A stretch of DNA of 64,000 nucleotides from Bacteroidales bacterium (lineage in GTDB: Bacteria > Bacteroidota > Bacteroidia > Bacteroidales > VadinHA17). The notes under the pieces are model-generated. The model ran no database searches. It worked only from the letters and a program-made list of their open reading frames with translations, and was not told the origin of the DNA. The translations under genes were made by a program, and so were the position numbers. Positions 48,186-58,287 of the stretch are shown in pieces; within the stretch, counting starts at the first letter, position 1, and each line of letters starts with the position of its first letter. The stretch lies in contig JAFGXX010000008.1 of the NCBI GenBank assembly GCA_016936435.1, positions 4,052 to 68,051 of the forward strand, given 5' to 3'.

Positions 48186-48965
48186 ATGATCAGGGTTCAG
48201 GCAAAAAAAAATCTGGGACAGCATTTTCTGAAAGACGGAAAAGTTGCTGCCCGCATTGCTGCTGCCCTCTCAGCCGAAGGCTGTTCCTCAGTCCTCGAAA
48301 TAGGACCCGGGAAAGGCATGCTTACCCGTTTTCTGTCAGAAAGAAATTTCAGCGACTTCAGGGTTATTGAGATAGACAATGAATCGGTTCATTATCTTAT
48401 GACAGCCTGTCCCGGTCTGAATATAATAAGAGGCGATTTCCTTAAACTGGATATTGAGGAGACTTTTCCCGGAACGCTTGCCATAACAGGGAATTTCCCA
48501 TATAATATTTCGACCCAGATTCTGTTCAGAGTGCTCGAAAACCGCAGCAGGATACCTGAACTATGCGGTATGTTCCAGAAGGAAGTGGCGGAAAGGATCT
48601 GTTCCGGTCCGGGAAGCAAAGTTTATGGAATATTAAGTGTTCTCCTTCAGGCCTTCTATAATGCAAGTTACCTTTTCACGGTAGAGCCCGCCGCCTTTGC
48701 TCCTCCTCCGAAAGTGAGATCGGGAGTCATCAGTCTGAGACGGAACAATGTAACCCGGCTGAATTGTGATGAGAAACTGTTCGTAAAGGTGGTAAAGGCA
48801 ACATTCAATCAGAGGAGAAAGACTCTGAGGAACTCCTTAAGGTCCGCTTTTGCACTTGAAAGAGAAGATCATGAATGGGCTTCACTCAGACCCGAACAAC
48901 TTTCAGTGGAGCAGTTTACACAACTTACCAACTGGGTAAGCCGGAATCTCATTCTATCCGAATGA
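48186..48965 (+). CDS. rsmA: 16S rRNA (adenine1518/1519-N6)-dimethyltransferase
   Basis: 259 aa with [16 protein letters not shown] and GNFPYNIST. Confidence 0.93.
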   Translation: MIRVQAKKNLGQHFLKDGKVAARIAAALSAEGCSSVLEIGPGKGMLTRFLSERNFSDFRVIEIDNESVHYLMTACPGLNIIRGDFLKLDIEETFPGTLAITGNFPYNISTQILFRVLENRSRIPELCGMFQKEVAERICSGPGSKVYGILSVLLQAFYNASYLFTVEPAAFAPPPKVRSGVISLRRNNVTRLNCDEKLFVKVVKATFNQRRKTLRNSLRSAFALEREDHEWASLRPEQLSVEQFTQLTNWVSRNLILSE

Positions 48966-50210
48966 ATAACCAATGGCATCGACAGGATTCATCCTCGATG
49001 CCGAATAGGCAGGAGCATAACCGGCTACTATTCCTATCACACCCGATATCATCACTGCAAGTATCACATTGGAAAAGGTCAGATGCATATTTAGTTCCCA
49101 AAGGTAGTTGATGAACAATGTTCCGATGAAGATCATTATTACACCCAGCAGTCCCCCTATTACCGAAAGCATCACCGATTCAGTCAGGAATTCCCACAGT
49201 ATGAAAAAACGTTTAGCCCCCAGGGCTTTCTGAATTCCTATTATGTTGGTCCTTTCGCGGACCGAAACAAACATGATGTTGGCGATCCCGAAACCTCCTA
49301 CAAGAATGGCAAAGCCACCGATAAGCCATCCTCCTATGTTTATACCTGCGAAAACACCTTCAAATCCCTGGGTTATCATACTGGCCTTGTTGATCGAAAA
49401 ATTTTCCGCCTCTTCAGGCTTAAGCCGGCGGGAAGCCCTGAGCACCATCACGATCTCCTCTGTAAGTTCCTGAGCTGCAACACCTTCTTTGGCCTTCGCC
49501 ATAATTACAGAATTCAGAAAATTGCTTCTCATGTTAATGAAGTTCTTTCCGAAGTTAAAGGGTATGGCCGTCAGCTCATCCATACCGCTGTCGCTTATAC
49601 CACCTTTCCCTTCCCTTTTAAAAACACCTATTACACTGGTCTTATGGCCTCCTATAATAATCTGTTTTCCCACAGGATCGGTATTCTCAAAAAGACGCCG
49701 GGCCACCTCATATCCCACTATTGCAACATTCCTTCCGGAGGCGGACTCTTCGGGTGAAAAATATCTTCCTTTTTCAATCTCGAACGACCGGAGGTTCTCA
49801 AATTCATGTGTTACGGCAACCACCCCGGCATCACTGGCCTGGTTCTGTTTGTATTTAATAGTCTGGGGCTGGAATACATAAAAACAAACCGACTCGGTCT
49901 TTTCCGACTTTTGCCTTACAGCTTTATAATCATCTGTCGAAATAGCCGGCCATGACATTATATCCCACCATTCGAGGTTAGGATCAAATGACCATGGCCA
50001 TTTCTGGACATAGACAACGTTATCGCCCAGGGTGGCTATCGAATCGCGGATCGATTTTTCCATCCAGTCGATGACGGTAAAAACAGAGATAATTGAAAAA
50101 ATACCGATTGTAATTCCAAACAGCGAAAGGAAAGTCCTTAATTTATTAACTATAACTGAATTAACAGCGAACAGAAAACTCTCCTTCAACAATCTAAGAA
50201 ACATTCTCAT
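48954..50210 (-). CDS. MacB/FtsX-family ABC transporter permease
   Basis: An N-terminal TM helix, a periplasmic MacB_PCD-like domain and a C-terminal FtsX 3-TM bundle. ATG 50210 preferred over TTG 50240; AGGAG lies 5 nt upstream. Confidence 0.82.
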   Translation of the reverse strand: MRMFLRLLKESFLFAVNSVIVNKLRTFLSLFGITIGIFSIISVFTVIDWMEKSIRDSIATLGDNVVYVQKWPWSFDPNLEWWDIMSWPAISTDDYKAVRQKSEKTESVCFYVFQPQTIKYKQNQASDAGVVAVTHEFENLRSFEIEKGRYFSPEESASGRNVAIVGYEVARRLFENTDPVGKQIIIGGHKTSVIGVFKREGKGGISDSGMDELTAIPFNFGKNFINMRSNFLNSVIMAKAKEGVAAQELTEEIVMVLRASRRLKPEEAENFSINKASMITQGFEGVFAGINIGGWLIGGFAILVGGFGIANIMFVSVRERTNIIGIQKALGAKRFFILWEFLTESVMLSVIGGLLGVIMIFIGTLFINYLWELNMHLTFSNVILAVMISGVIGIVAGYAPAYSASRMNPVDAIGYSFG

Positions 50211-50387
50211 GGTCTCTCCTGCCGGAATTTTGAGATTCAAAGATAAAAAAAATCAGATGCCGGGAAGAACCTTTATTCAATATTATCGAAATGCTCATTA
50301 TCATCTTTATGCTTATTGGTGATTGTAAAAAAATTAATACTTTTAATCGCCTAAAAATTACGTGTCTTTCAATCAAAACTACAGGCA

Positions 50388-51911
50388 ATGAATGATAAGA
50401 AAATCAGGAGTGCCCTGATCTCCGTTTTTTACAAGGACGGCCTGGATGCCATAGTCAGGGCCCTTCATGAACTCGGCATTACCATATGGTCTACAGGAGG
50501 CACTTACAGTTATATAAAGGACCTGGAAGTTCCGGTCTCAGGAGTTGAAGATCTGACAACCTATCCCTCCATACTGGGAGGAAGGGTTAAGACACTCCAT
50601 CCTTCGGTTTTCGGAGCTATCCTCGCGCGCCGCGATGTAGATGAAGATCTTGCTCAGCTTGCAAGATATAATATCCCTGAGATCGATCTGGTAATAGTTG
50701 ACCTGTATCCTTTCGAAGAGACTGTTAAAAATGTTTCTGATGAAGCTGAAATAATTGAAAAGATAGATATAGGAGGCATTTCGCTGATAAGGGCAGCAGC
50801 CAAAAATTACAAAGATGTTCTTGTTGTAGCAGGAAGAGATCAGTATCCGCTTCTCCTCGATATGCTGAAAGAAAAAAAGGGTGTTAGCACTCTTGACGAA
50901 AGACGTCATTTTGCAGCTTTGGCATTCAGCATCTCCTCCAATTACGACACCGCTATTTTTAAATATTTCAATGAAAAAGAGGGTATAGAAGCATTCAGGG
51001 AAAGTGTAAGCGGATCGTATCCTTTGCGATATGGAGAAAATCCTCATCAAAAGGGAATATTTTACGGCGATCCGGGGAGACTTTTCGATAAGCTTCACGG
51101 TAAGGAGATCTCTTACAACAATCTTCTGGACATAGATTCGGCTCTTGCTCTTATTGACGATTTCAGCTCTGTCACGGTGGTCATCATAAAACATAACAAT
51201 GCATGCGGAGCGGCATCAGGGGATGACCTTACCGAAGTCTGGCGGCTGGCTCTGGCCTGTGATCCGGTGTCGGCTTACGGAGGAGTGATCGCCGCAAATG
51301 TTACGATCGATGAAGTTGCTGCATCAGAGATCGACAAAATATTCTTTGAAATAATCATTGCTCCCGGCTTTACTGACGGGGCCCTGGAAATACTCAGGCA
51401 TAAAAAGAACAGGATCATCCTCCTGAGAAAAGCGACATGTAAAAGTACTTACAGTTACAGGTCGCTTCTCAATGGTGTTCTGTGGCAGGAGAAAGATCTC
51501 CGTACTGAATCGGAGGAAGACATGAAGACGGTTACGCTGAGGAAACCCGAAGCATCAGAGATCAGCGATATGATTTTTGCCAACAAGATCGTAAAGCACA
51601 GTAAATCAAATTCAATTGTCCTGGCAAAAGATAATCAGTTATGTGCGAGCGGTGCAGGCCAGACCTCGAGGGTTGATGCTCTCAGGCAGGCAATTGAAAA
51701 GGCAAAAGCCTTCGGTTTTGACCTGGAAGGATCGGTGATGGCCTCAGATGCCTTTTTCCCCTTCCCCGACAGTGTTGAAATTGCCCATAAGGCGGGTGTA
51801 ACTGCAATAATACAACCCGGAGGATCGGTACGCGATCAGGAGTCGGTCGATTATTGCTCCGCTAACGGTGTCGCAATGGTATTTACCGGGGTAAGACATT
51901 TTAAACATTAA
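50388..51911 (+). CDS. purH: Bifunctional AICAR transformylase / IMP cyclohydrolase
   Basis: 507 aa with ALISVFYKDG, GGRVKTLHP and the C-terminal GVRHFKH. Confidence 0.96.
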   Translation: MNDKKIRSALISVFYKDGLDAIVRALHELGITIWSTGGTYSYIKDLEVPVSGVEDLTTYPSILGGRVKTLHPSVFGAILARRDVDEDLAQLARYNIPEIDLVIVDLYPFEETVKNVSDEAEIIEKIDIGGISLIRAAAKNYKDVLVVAGRDQYPLLLDMLKEKKGVSTLDERRHFAALAFSISSNYDTAIFKYFNEKEGIEAFRESVSGSYPLRYGENPHQKGIFYGDPGRLFDKLHGKEISYNNLLDIDSALALIDDFSSVTVVIIKHNNACGAASGDDLTEVWRLALACDPVSAYGGVIAANVTIDEVAASEIDKIFFEIIIAPGFTDGALEILRHKKNRIILLRKATCKSTYSYRSLLNGVLWQEKDLRTESEEDMKTVTLRKPEASEISDMIFANKIVKHSKSNSIVLAKDNQLCASGAGQTSRVDALRQAIEKAKAFGFDLEGSVMASDAFFPFPDSVEIAHKAGVTAIIQPGGSVRDQESVDYCSANGVAMVFTGVRHFKH

Positions 51912-51930
51912 TAATAATTCTGAATATTCA

Positions 51931-52953
51931 ATGGGACTATTTTCGTTTTTGACGCAGGAGATTGCAATAGATCTGGGAACAGCAAACACCATCATCATCC
52001 ATAATGACAAGATCGTGGTTGATGAACCTTCAATAGTTGCTATCGACAAAACTACAGGGAAGCTTATCGCCATAGGTGAGAGAGCAAGGCAAATGCACGG
52101 TAAGACACACGAGAACATAAAAGTAATAAGGCCACTTCGTGATGGGGTGATCGCTGATTTCAACGCTGCCGAACTGATGATAAGGGGTATGATCAAACTC
52201 ATAAGCAAAGGATCTCAACTCTTTGCCCCGTCGCTGAAGATGGTTGTGTGCATACCTTCAGGCAGTACCGAGGTTGAAATACGGGCAGTCCGCGATTCTT
52301 CAGAACATGCCGGGGGAAGAGATGTATACATGATATATGAACCTATGGCTGCTGCAATAGGTATCGGACTTGATGTGGAAGCTCCCGAAGGCTCGATGAT
52401 AATAGATATCGGAGGAGGAACCACCGAAATTGCCGTGATCGCCCTGGGAGGTATTGTCTGCAATAAATCGATAAGGATCGCGGGTGACGGATTTACAGCC
52501 GACATACAGGCTTACATGAGGCATCAGCATAATATCAAGATCGGTGAAAAAACGGCCGAAGACATAAAAATAGGAGTCGGTGCCGCCCTCCCCGACATCG
52601 ATGATCCGCCGGCCGACTTTATCGTCCGCGGACCGAATATTATGACAGCTCTCCCGATAGAGATACCGGTATCATACCAGGAAATAGCATATTGTCTCGA
52701 TAAATCTCTATCAAAAGTAGAGGCTGCACTCCTGAGCGTTCTGGAACAGACACCTCCCGAACTTTATGCCGATATCGTGAACAAGGGAATCTATATGGCT
52801 GGTGGAGGTTCTCTCCTCAGAGGCCTTGCCAGGAGATTCTCGGATAAGATAAATATAAATTTCAATGTGGTTGAGGATCCGCTTCATGCCGTCGCAAGAG
52901 GTACAGGAGTGGCCCTTAAGAATGTCGATAAATTTCAGTTCCTTATGAGATAG
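51931..52953 (+). CDS. mreB: Rod shape-determining protein MreB
   Basis: 340 aa with IAIDLGTANT and DIGGGTTE actin-fold motifs. Confidence 0.96.
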   Translation: MGLFSFLTQEIAIDLGTANTIIIHNDKIVVDEPSIVAIDKTTGKLIAIGERARQMHGKTHENIKVIRPLRDGVIADFNAAELMIRGMIKLISKGSQLFAPSLKMVVCIPSGSTEVEIRAVRDSSEHAGGRDVYMIYEPMAAAIGIGLDVEAPEGSMIIDIGGGTTEIAVIALGGIVCNKSIRIAGDGFTADIQAYMRHQHNIKIGEKTAEDIKIGVGAALPDIDDPPADFIVRGPNIMTALPIEIPVSYQEIAYCLDKSLSKVEAALLSVLEQTPPELYADIVNKGIYMAGGGSLLRGLARRFSDKININFNVVEDPLHAVARGTGVALKNVDKFQFLMR

Positions 52954-52966
52954 TCAGATCCCGTGA

Positions 52967-53788
52967 ATGAGAAACCTGCTTAATTTCCTTTCAAAATATA
53001 ATAACCTGTTAGTATTTATTTTACTTCAGATAATCGCAATCTACCTGCTGAGCACGGCTAACGATTATCATAATACACAGATGGTGAAAGGAATAAGAGC
53101 TATGACTATCGGTATCGAAAAAAAGGTCTCCAATGCCAGAACATATTTTCACCTCCATGAAATAAGCCGGATAATGGCAGCAGAGAATTCATCGCTGAGA
53201 ACAAGGCTTGAACGTCTGTCGGGTGAAACAGAAAAGCTTTTTTTTTCAGTTACCGATACCGTATATAACCAGCAGTATACCTTCACTCACGCCGAAGTGA
53301 TAAATAATTCGGTAAACAGGCAAAAGAACTTTCTGACCATCGACAGGGGAAGACAACAGGGAATTTCGCCCGATATGGCGGTAATAGCAGGTGACAATAT
53401 TGTTGGCATAATTGTAGGCTGTTCCGATAACTATTCTGTAGCGATGTCTCTTCTGAACCTCGATTTCAGAGTCAGCGCAAGACTGAAATCGACGGGATAT
53501 TTCGGTTCGATGACATGGGAAGGGAGTGACCCCTCTCACGCGGTTCTGTCGGAAATACCGCAGCATGTAACTTTCGGAATAGGAGATACCGTTGAAACAA
53601 CAGGTTATTCCACAATCTTCCCTGAAGGTATTATTATAGGTACCGTGAGCGGATTCGAAAAAACCGGAGGCGATTTTTATCGTATAGGCGTGTCTCTTTC
53701 AACCGACTTCAGAAGACTCAGACATGTAACGGTAGTGGGAAACCTCAGGAAAGAGGAACAACTCGAACTTGAAAATCAATACCAATGA
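52967..53788 (+). CDS. mreC: Rod shape-determining protein MreC
   Basis: 273 aa. N-terminal TM helix, coiled-coil and beta-barrel region. Positioned in mreBCD. Confidence 0.85.
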   Translation: MRNLLNFLSKYNNLLVFILLQIIAIYLLSTANDYHNTQMVKGIRAMTIGIEKKVSNARTYFHLHEISRIMAAENSSLRTRLERLSGETEKLFFSVTDTVYNQQYTFTHAEVINNSVNRQKNFLTIDRGRQQGISPDMAVIAGDNIVGIIVGCSDNYSVAMSLLNLDFRVSARLKSTGYFGSMTWEGSDPSHAVLSEIPQHVTFGIGDTVETTGYSTIFPEGIIIGTVSGFEKTGGDFYRIGVSLSTDFRRLRHVTVVGNLRKEEQLELENQYQ

Positions 53789-54291
53789 TCAACAGGGTCA
53801 TACGACTGGGCTTTATTTTTATCCTGCTTATTCTTCTGCAGGTTCTGTTCTTCAACAATATTCAGTTCAGCGGATATGTGAACCCTTATGTCTACATAAT
53901 GTTCATACTCCTGCTCCCTGTTGAGATGCCCGCATGGCTATTACTGATACTGTCCTTTTTTACCGGCCTTGTTATGGACCTGTTCTCAGGTACACCGGGC
54001 ATGCATGCCTCTGCGAGCCTGGTCGCAGGATTTATCAGACCTTATGTTTTAAGAATAACATCACCAAGAGACGGATATGAGCCGGGTGCCAATCCTTCAA
54101 TGCTTGTATATGGCCTGAAATGGTTCCTGATCTATGCCTCACTAATAATTTTTGTGCATCATCTGGTACTTTTTTACCTCGAGGTTTTCAGATTTGCCGA
54201 CTTTTTCAGAACACTCCTGAGGGTAATACTTAGTTTTCTGTTCTCCCTTTCCTTTATAGTCCTGCTGGAATATATCAGAAAAGGAAAATAA
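53785..54291 (+). CDS. mreD: Rod shape-determining protein MreD
   Basis: 168 aa polytopic membrane protein. ATGA overlap with the mreC stop. Confidence 0.8.
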   Translation: MINRVIRLGFIFILLILLQVLFFNNIQFSGYVNPYVYIMFILLLPVEMPAWLLLILSFFTGLVMDLFSGTPGMHASASLVAGFIRPYVLRITSPRDGYEPGANPSMLVYGLKWFLIYASLIIFVHHLVLFYLEVFRFADFFRTLLRVILSFLFSLSFIVLLEYIRKGK

Positions 54292-54300
54292 GCTCCGATC

Positions 54301-56145
54301 ATGAAGGATGTCTATACAAACCGGAAATACCTCATAATTTCATTTATAGTACTGATATCAGCAGTACTGCTGGTGAAGCTTTTTATAATCCAGGTAGTGG
54401 AGGACACATACAGGCTGTCGGCTGAAAACAATGTTCTCAGATATGTTACCCGGTATCCTGCACGCGGATTAATTTACGACCGTAACGGGACTCTGATGGT
54501 ATCGAACCAGGCTGCCTACGACCTGATGGTAGTGCCGGCCCAGACAGGAAGGATGGACACGGCAAGGTTCTGTAGTGAACTTGGAATTTCACCCGGGTAT
54601 TTCAACGAAAGGCTAAAGGCTGCAAAGAACTATAACAGGAGGTCGCCGTCGGTCTTCCTGAAACAGATCTCTGCCGAGAGATATGCAGGTTTCCAGGAGA
54701 AGATATTCATGTATCCGGGCTTCTATGTTCAGCCCAGAACGTTAAGGAAATATTCCAGGCCCGTGGCAGCACATCTGCTCGGATACATAAGTGAGGTAGA
54801 TGAGACAACAATAGCTGCTGATCCTTATTACAAAATGGGTGATTACATCGGAAAGCTTGGTATTGAAGAAGCTTATGAAGAGGAACTGAGGGGTAAGCGC
54901 GGTGTAAATATCTACCTTGTTGATGTTTTCAGTCGTGTAAAAGGCTCTTATGCTGACGGCAAAATGGATACTCTTGCAGTACAGGGTTCAGATATTACGG
55001 CATCGATCGATTATGGTCTTCAGGAGTACGGAGAACAGTTAATGCAGAATAAGACCGGAAGCATTGTCGCCATTGAGCCGCAAACAGGAGAGATTCTGAC
55101 ACTGGTATCTTCTCCCGGATATGATCCCTCACTGCTAGTAGGCCGCGTTCGCTCACAGAACTATGCAGCTTTACAATCGGATACAATATTCAAGCCTCTG
55201 TTTAACAGGGCTTTCATGGCATCATATCCGCCGGGGTCAACTTTCAAACCCATAAACGGCTTGATAGGACTGCAGGAAAAAGTCATAGTTCCCGAAACTG
55301 AATTCGGTTGCAATAATGGCTATCTGTTCGTAGGCTGTCACAGTCACCGGTCACCCCTCGATCTCAAGGATGCAGTTGCCAACTCCTGCAATTCGTATTT
55401 TTGCCAGGCCTTCAGGAGGATACTTGAAAATCCGTCATACCCTTCCATCCCGGAAGCATTCGATAAATGGAGAAGTTATCTCGAAGAGTTCGGTTTCGGT
55501 AAGAAGCTGGGAACGGAATTCTCTAACGAGCTTAACGGCATCCTTCCGACCACGGCTTACTACGACCGCTACCACGGCAAAGGAGGATGGAAAGCCCTGA
55601 CAGTGATTTCGCTTGCGATAGGACAGGGAGAGATCGGGACCACCCCGCTCCAGATGGCAAATATGACAGCCGCAATTGCGAACCGTGGATACTATTATAT
55701 TCCACATATCGTTAAAGCTATAGGGTCAGGTAAGAACATCGATGCAAAATTTACCCAGAAGCACAGCATCAGCATCGACTCAACCAACTTTGAGGAAATT
55801 GTCCTGGGAATGGAGCTGGCTGTAAATGGAGGCGCCGGATCAACAGCAAGGATAGCAGCCATTAATGACATAGTTGTCTGCGGCAAAACAGGTACGGCAG
55901 AGAATCCTTTTGGAGAGGACCATTCAGTATTTATTGCCTTTGCACCGAAAGAAAATCCCCGTATAGCCATAGCTGTTTATGTCGAAAACGCAGGCTTCGG
56001 AGCTACTTATGCTGCCCCTGTGGCCAGCCTGATGATAGAGAAATACCTGAAGGGAGATGTTGCCATGAACAGAAAATGGCTTGAAGACAGAATGCTGAAG
56101 CTAAATCTTACGGATTCAATACCCGAAGTTGAAACGCAGAATTAA
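54301..56145 (+). CDS. mrdA: Penicillin-binding protein 2 (elongasome transpeptidase)
   Basis: 614 aa with SxxK (GSTFKP), SxN (SCN) and KTG (GKTGTA) motifs. Confidence 0.92.
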   Translation: MKDVYTNRKYLIISFIVLISAVLLVKLFIIQVVEDTYRLSAENNVLRYVTRYPARGLIYDRNGTLMVSNQAAYDLMVVPAQTGRMDTARFCSELGISPGYFNERLKAAKNYNRRSPSVFLKQISAERYAGFQEKIFMYPGFYVQPRTLRKYSRPVAAHLLGYISEVDETTIAADPYYKMGDYIGKLGIEEAYEEELRGKRGVNIYLVDVFSRVKGSYADGKMDTLAVQGSDITASIDYGLQEYGEQLMQNKTGSIVAIEPQTGEILTLVSSPGYDPSLLVGRVRSQNYAALQSDTIFKPLFNRAFMASYPPGSTFKPINGLIGLQEKVIVPETEFGCNNGYLFVGCHSHRSPLDLKDAVANSCNSYFCQAFRRILENPSYPSIPEAFDKWRSYLEEFGFGKKLGTEFSNELNGILPTTAYYDRYHGKGGWKALTVISLAIGQGEIGTTPLQMANMTAAIANRGYYYIPHIVKAIGSGKNIDAKFTQKHSISIDSTNFEEIVLGMELAVNGGAGSTARIAAINDIVVCGKTGTAENPFGEDHSVFIAFAPKENPRIAIAVYVENAGFGATYAAPVASLMIEKYLKGDVAMNRKWLEDRMLKLNLTDSIPEVETQN

Positions 56146-57553
56146 TATATGGAAAGGGACCGACAAGATCACGGTCCTGCTCTTCCTGGTGATGGTTATC
56201 ATGGGCTGGTTCAACATATATGCTGCTGTATATAATGAAGATCATAAGGAGATCTTTGATTTTACCCAGCGTTACGGCAAACAGTTCATCTGGGTCGTCG
56301 CCACCCTTGTTCTGGCATCTTTCATTCTACTGATCGACAGCAGGTTTTTCTTCTTTTTTGCCTGGTTCATTTATGCCGGACTGATGCTTCTGCTTCTGCT
56401 GGTGCTGGTGTTTGGGACTGAGATCAACGGAGCCAGGTCGTGGTTTGAATTTGGAAATATAAGCCTTCAGCCTTCGGAGTTTGCGAAGTTCGGGACGGCA
56501 CTCGCACTGGCCGCTTACCTTAACCATCGAAAACAGGAGCTTACCAGGCTGAATGTCTTTATTCCGGCAGTAGGAATAATACTATTTCCCGCCCTTCTTA
56601 TATCCCTTCAGCCCGATATGGGATCTACAATTGTGTATTTTGCATTCTTCATAGTCCTCTTCCGTGAAGGGATGAGCCCTTTTGTACTTGTTTCGGGAAT
56701 ACTGATGGTAATCCTTTTCTTTCTTACCCTTCTGATTAATAATCTGTACCTTACAGCAGGACTGATTATAGTTGCATTTCTTGTTTCATTCTACCCTGTG
56801 AGGAGCCTGAAAGACCTGATCAGAGGATTTTTAATCATTGCAGTTACCGGAGGATTGATCTTTCTCCTGGATCATTTTGTAATTAAGGCGCTGGGAGGAG
56901 AGATGATTTTGCTTATAGCAGTCATCCTGTCCGGAATACCTTTCGGATATTATATTTTCACCCGCAAGGCAATGGCCCTGCTGGTAATCTACCTCTTTCT
57001 TCTCGGGAGCATACTGTATATCAATGCGGTTGATTATTCTTTTAATAATCTTCTGAAACCACATCAGAAGGAGAGGGTGGAAATAATGCTGGGTATGAAA
57101 TCCGATCCTCACGGTACAGGATATAATGTAAACCAGTCGATGATCTCGATAGGATCCGGAGGACTCTCAGGGAAAGGATATCTCCAGGGTACCCAGACAA
57201 AGTTCAAGTTTGTCCCGGCACAAAGTACCGACTTCATTTTCTGCACTGTAGGCGAGGAATGGGGCTTTGTGGGGTCCTTCACGGTTGTTGGCCTCTGGCT
57301 CCTACTTCTGCTTAGACTGATCTTTATTGCGGAAAGGCAAAGGTCAATATTCTCGCGGGTGTACGGCTACGGAGTTGTAGCAGTTCTCTTTACTCATTTC
57401 TTCATCAACATTGGTATGGCAATAGGACTTGTGCCGGTAATCGGCATACCTCTTCCTTTCTTCAGTTATGGAGGAAGTTCACTGTGGGGTTTCACCATCC
57501 TTCTGTTTATATTTTTAAGGCTCGATGCGAGCAGGACAGAATATCTTGTCTGA
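56129..57553 (+). CDS. rodA: Rod shape-determining protein RodA (SEDS family)
   Basis: 474 aa FtsW/RodA/SpoVE family (QPSEFAK, TDFIF, PFFSYGGSS). The only early in-frame start is TTG 56129, which overlaps mrdA by 17 nt, so the start is uncertain. Confidence 0.88.
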   Translation: MKRRINIWKGTDKITVLLFLVMVIMGWFNIYAAVYNEDHKEIFDFTQRYGKQFIWVVATLVLASFILLIDSRFFFFFAWFIYAGLMLLLLLVLVFGTEINGARSWFEFGNISLQPSEFAKFGTALALAAYLNHRKQELTRLNVFIPAVGIILFPALLISLQPDMGSTIVYFAFFIVLFREGMSPFVLVSGILMVILFFLTLLINNLYLTAGLIIVAFLVSFYPVRSLKDLIRGFLIIAVTGGLIFLLDHFVIKALGGEMILLIAVILSGIPFGYYIFTRKAMALLVIYLFLLGSILYINAVDYSFNNLLKPHQKERVEIMLGMKSDPHGTGYNVNQSMISIGSGGLSGKGYLQGTQTKFKFVPAQSTDFIFCTVGEEWGFVGSFTVVGLWLLLLLRLIFIAERQRSIFSRVYGYGVVAVLFTHFFINIGMAIGLVPVIGIPLPFFSYGGSSLWGFTILLFIFLRLDASRTEYLV

Positions 57554-58165
57554 TCAGAATGGAATGGTGATCCTGTGGGAGATCTCAATGTCAAATTCTT
57601 TTTCCACATACTCGATGAGCTGAGGGAAAAATTCCAGGAAGTCCTCCTGAAGAGAGGAATAATTTTTTTTGAGGGCTCTTATAGCAAATCTTGTCTCACC
57701 CGGTAATGTTGTCCTCTTACTCAGTGTCCTGAGTACATTTTTTATTCCGTTTACTGTCTGGTATGATTCTATCCAGTTGTTAATTATAAAGAATGGCATC
57801 ATCTCCTGTACCTGCTTGGGCAGGATTTCATAATTGTTGACCAGGGCCCTGTAGAAGTTGTAGGTCACACTCTCAAGAGGTCTCCTCGAAAAGAGATCCC
57901 ACTCTCTCGTCAGAAAATGATCGTATATGATGTCGGTGACAACACCTGCATATTTATAGTATTTTTTAGAAAAGAAGATCTTGCTCCTGTGAACAACGGG
58001 ATGACTGTCGGTGAAACTGTCGATATGGCGATGAATGATTATACCTTTTCTTACCAGGTCGGGATACTTCAGATAATCACGTCCTTTGACATAATCACCG
58101 ATGTAATTGCCTATGATTATATTCTCGGAATCACCTGAAAGATATATGTGAGCGAGGACATTCAT
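57554..58165 (-). CDS. acpH: Acyl carrier protein phosphodiesterase (AcpH family)
   Basis: 203 aa. MNVLAHIYLSGDSENIIIGNYIGDYVKG is a typical AcpH N-terminus. Confidence 0.8.
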   Translation of the reverse strand: MNVLAHIYLSGDSENIIIGNYIGDYVKGRDYLKYPDLVRKGIIIHRHIDSFTDSHPVVHRSKIFFSKKYYKYAGVVTDIIYDHFLTREWDLFSRRPLESVTYNFYRALVNNYEILPKQVQEMMPFFIINNWIESYQTVNGIKNVLRTLSKRTTLPGETRFAIRALKKNYSSLQEDFLEFFPQLIEYVEKEFDIEISHRITIPF

Positions 58166-58211
58166 TATTTAAAAATTCCCTGAAACACGCGGATTTTAAG
58201 TCTGCAAATTA

Positions 58212-58219
58212 TACATTTG
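58212..58219 (+). promoter_or_regulatory. Candidate -7 promoter box (TACATTTG)
   Basis: Exact TAnnTTTG match 69 nt upstream of ATG 58288. Confidence 0.3.
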
Positions 58220-58276
58220 TTGATTCATTTTAAAATGAATTTGGTATCATACTAAAATATTTTTATAAATAACAGC

Positions 58277-58284
58277 AAGGAGGA
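58277..58284 (+). promoter_or_regulatory. Strong Shine-Dalgarno-like sequence AAGGAGGA
   Basis: Ends 3 nt before ATG 58288. It is the longest anti-SD complement I found at any start in this window. Confidence 0.5.
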
Positions 58285-58287
58285 TTT

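Noticed and set aside
50241-50387. A possible ZTP (pfl) riboswitch upstream of purH.
   Set aside because: purH is a classic ZTP-riboswitch target, but the 147-nt AT-rich spacer lacks the conserved GC-rich pseudoknot elements (for example a CCGCCTGGGC-like 3' segment). I could not fold any convincing structure.
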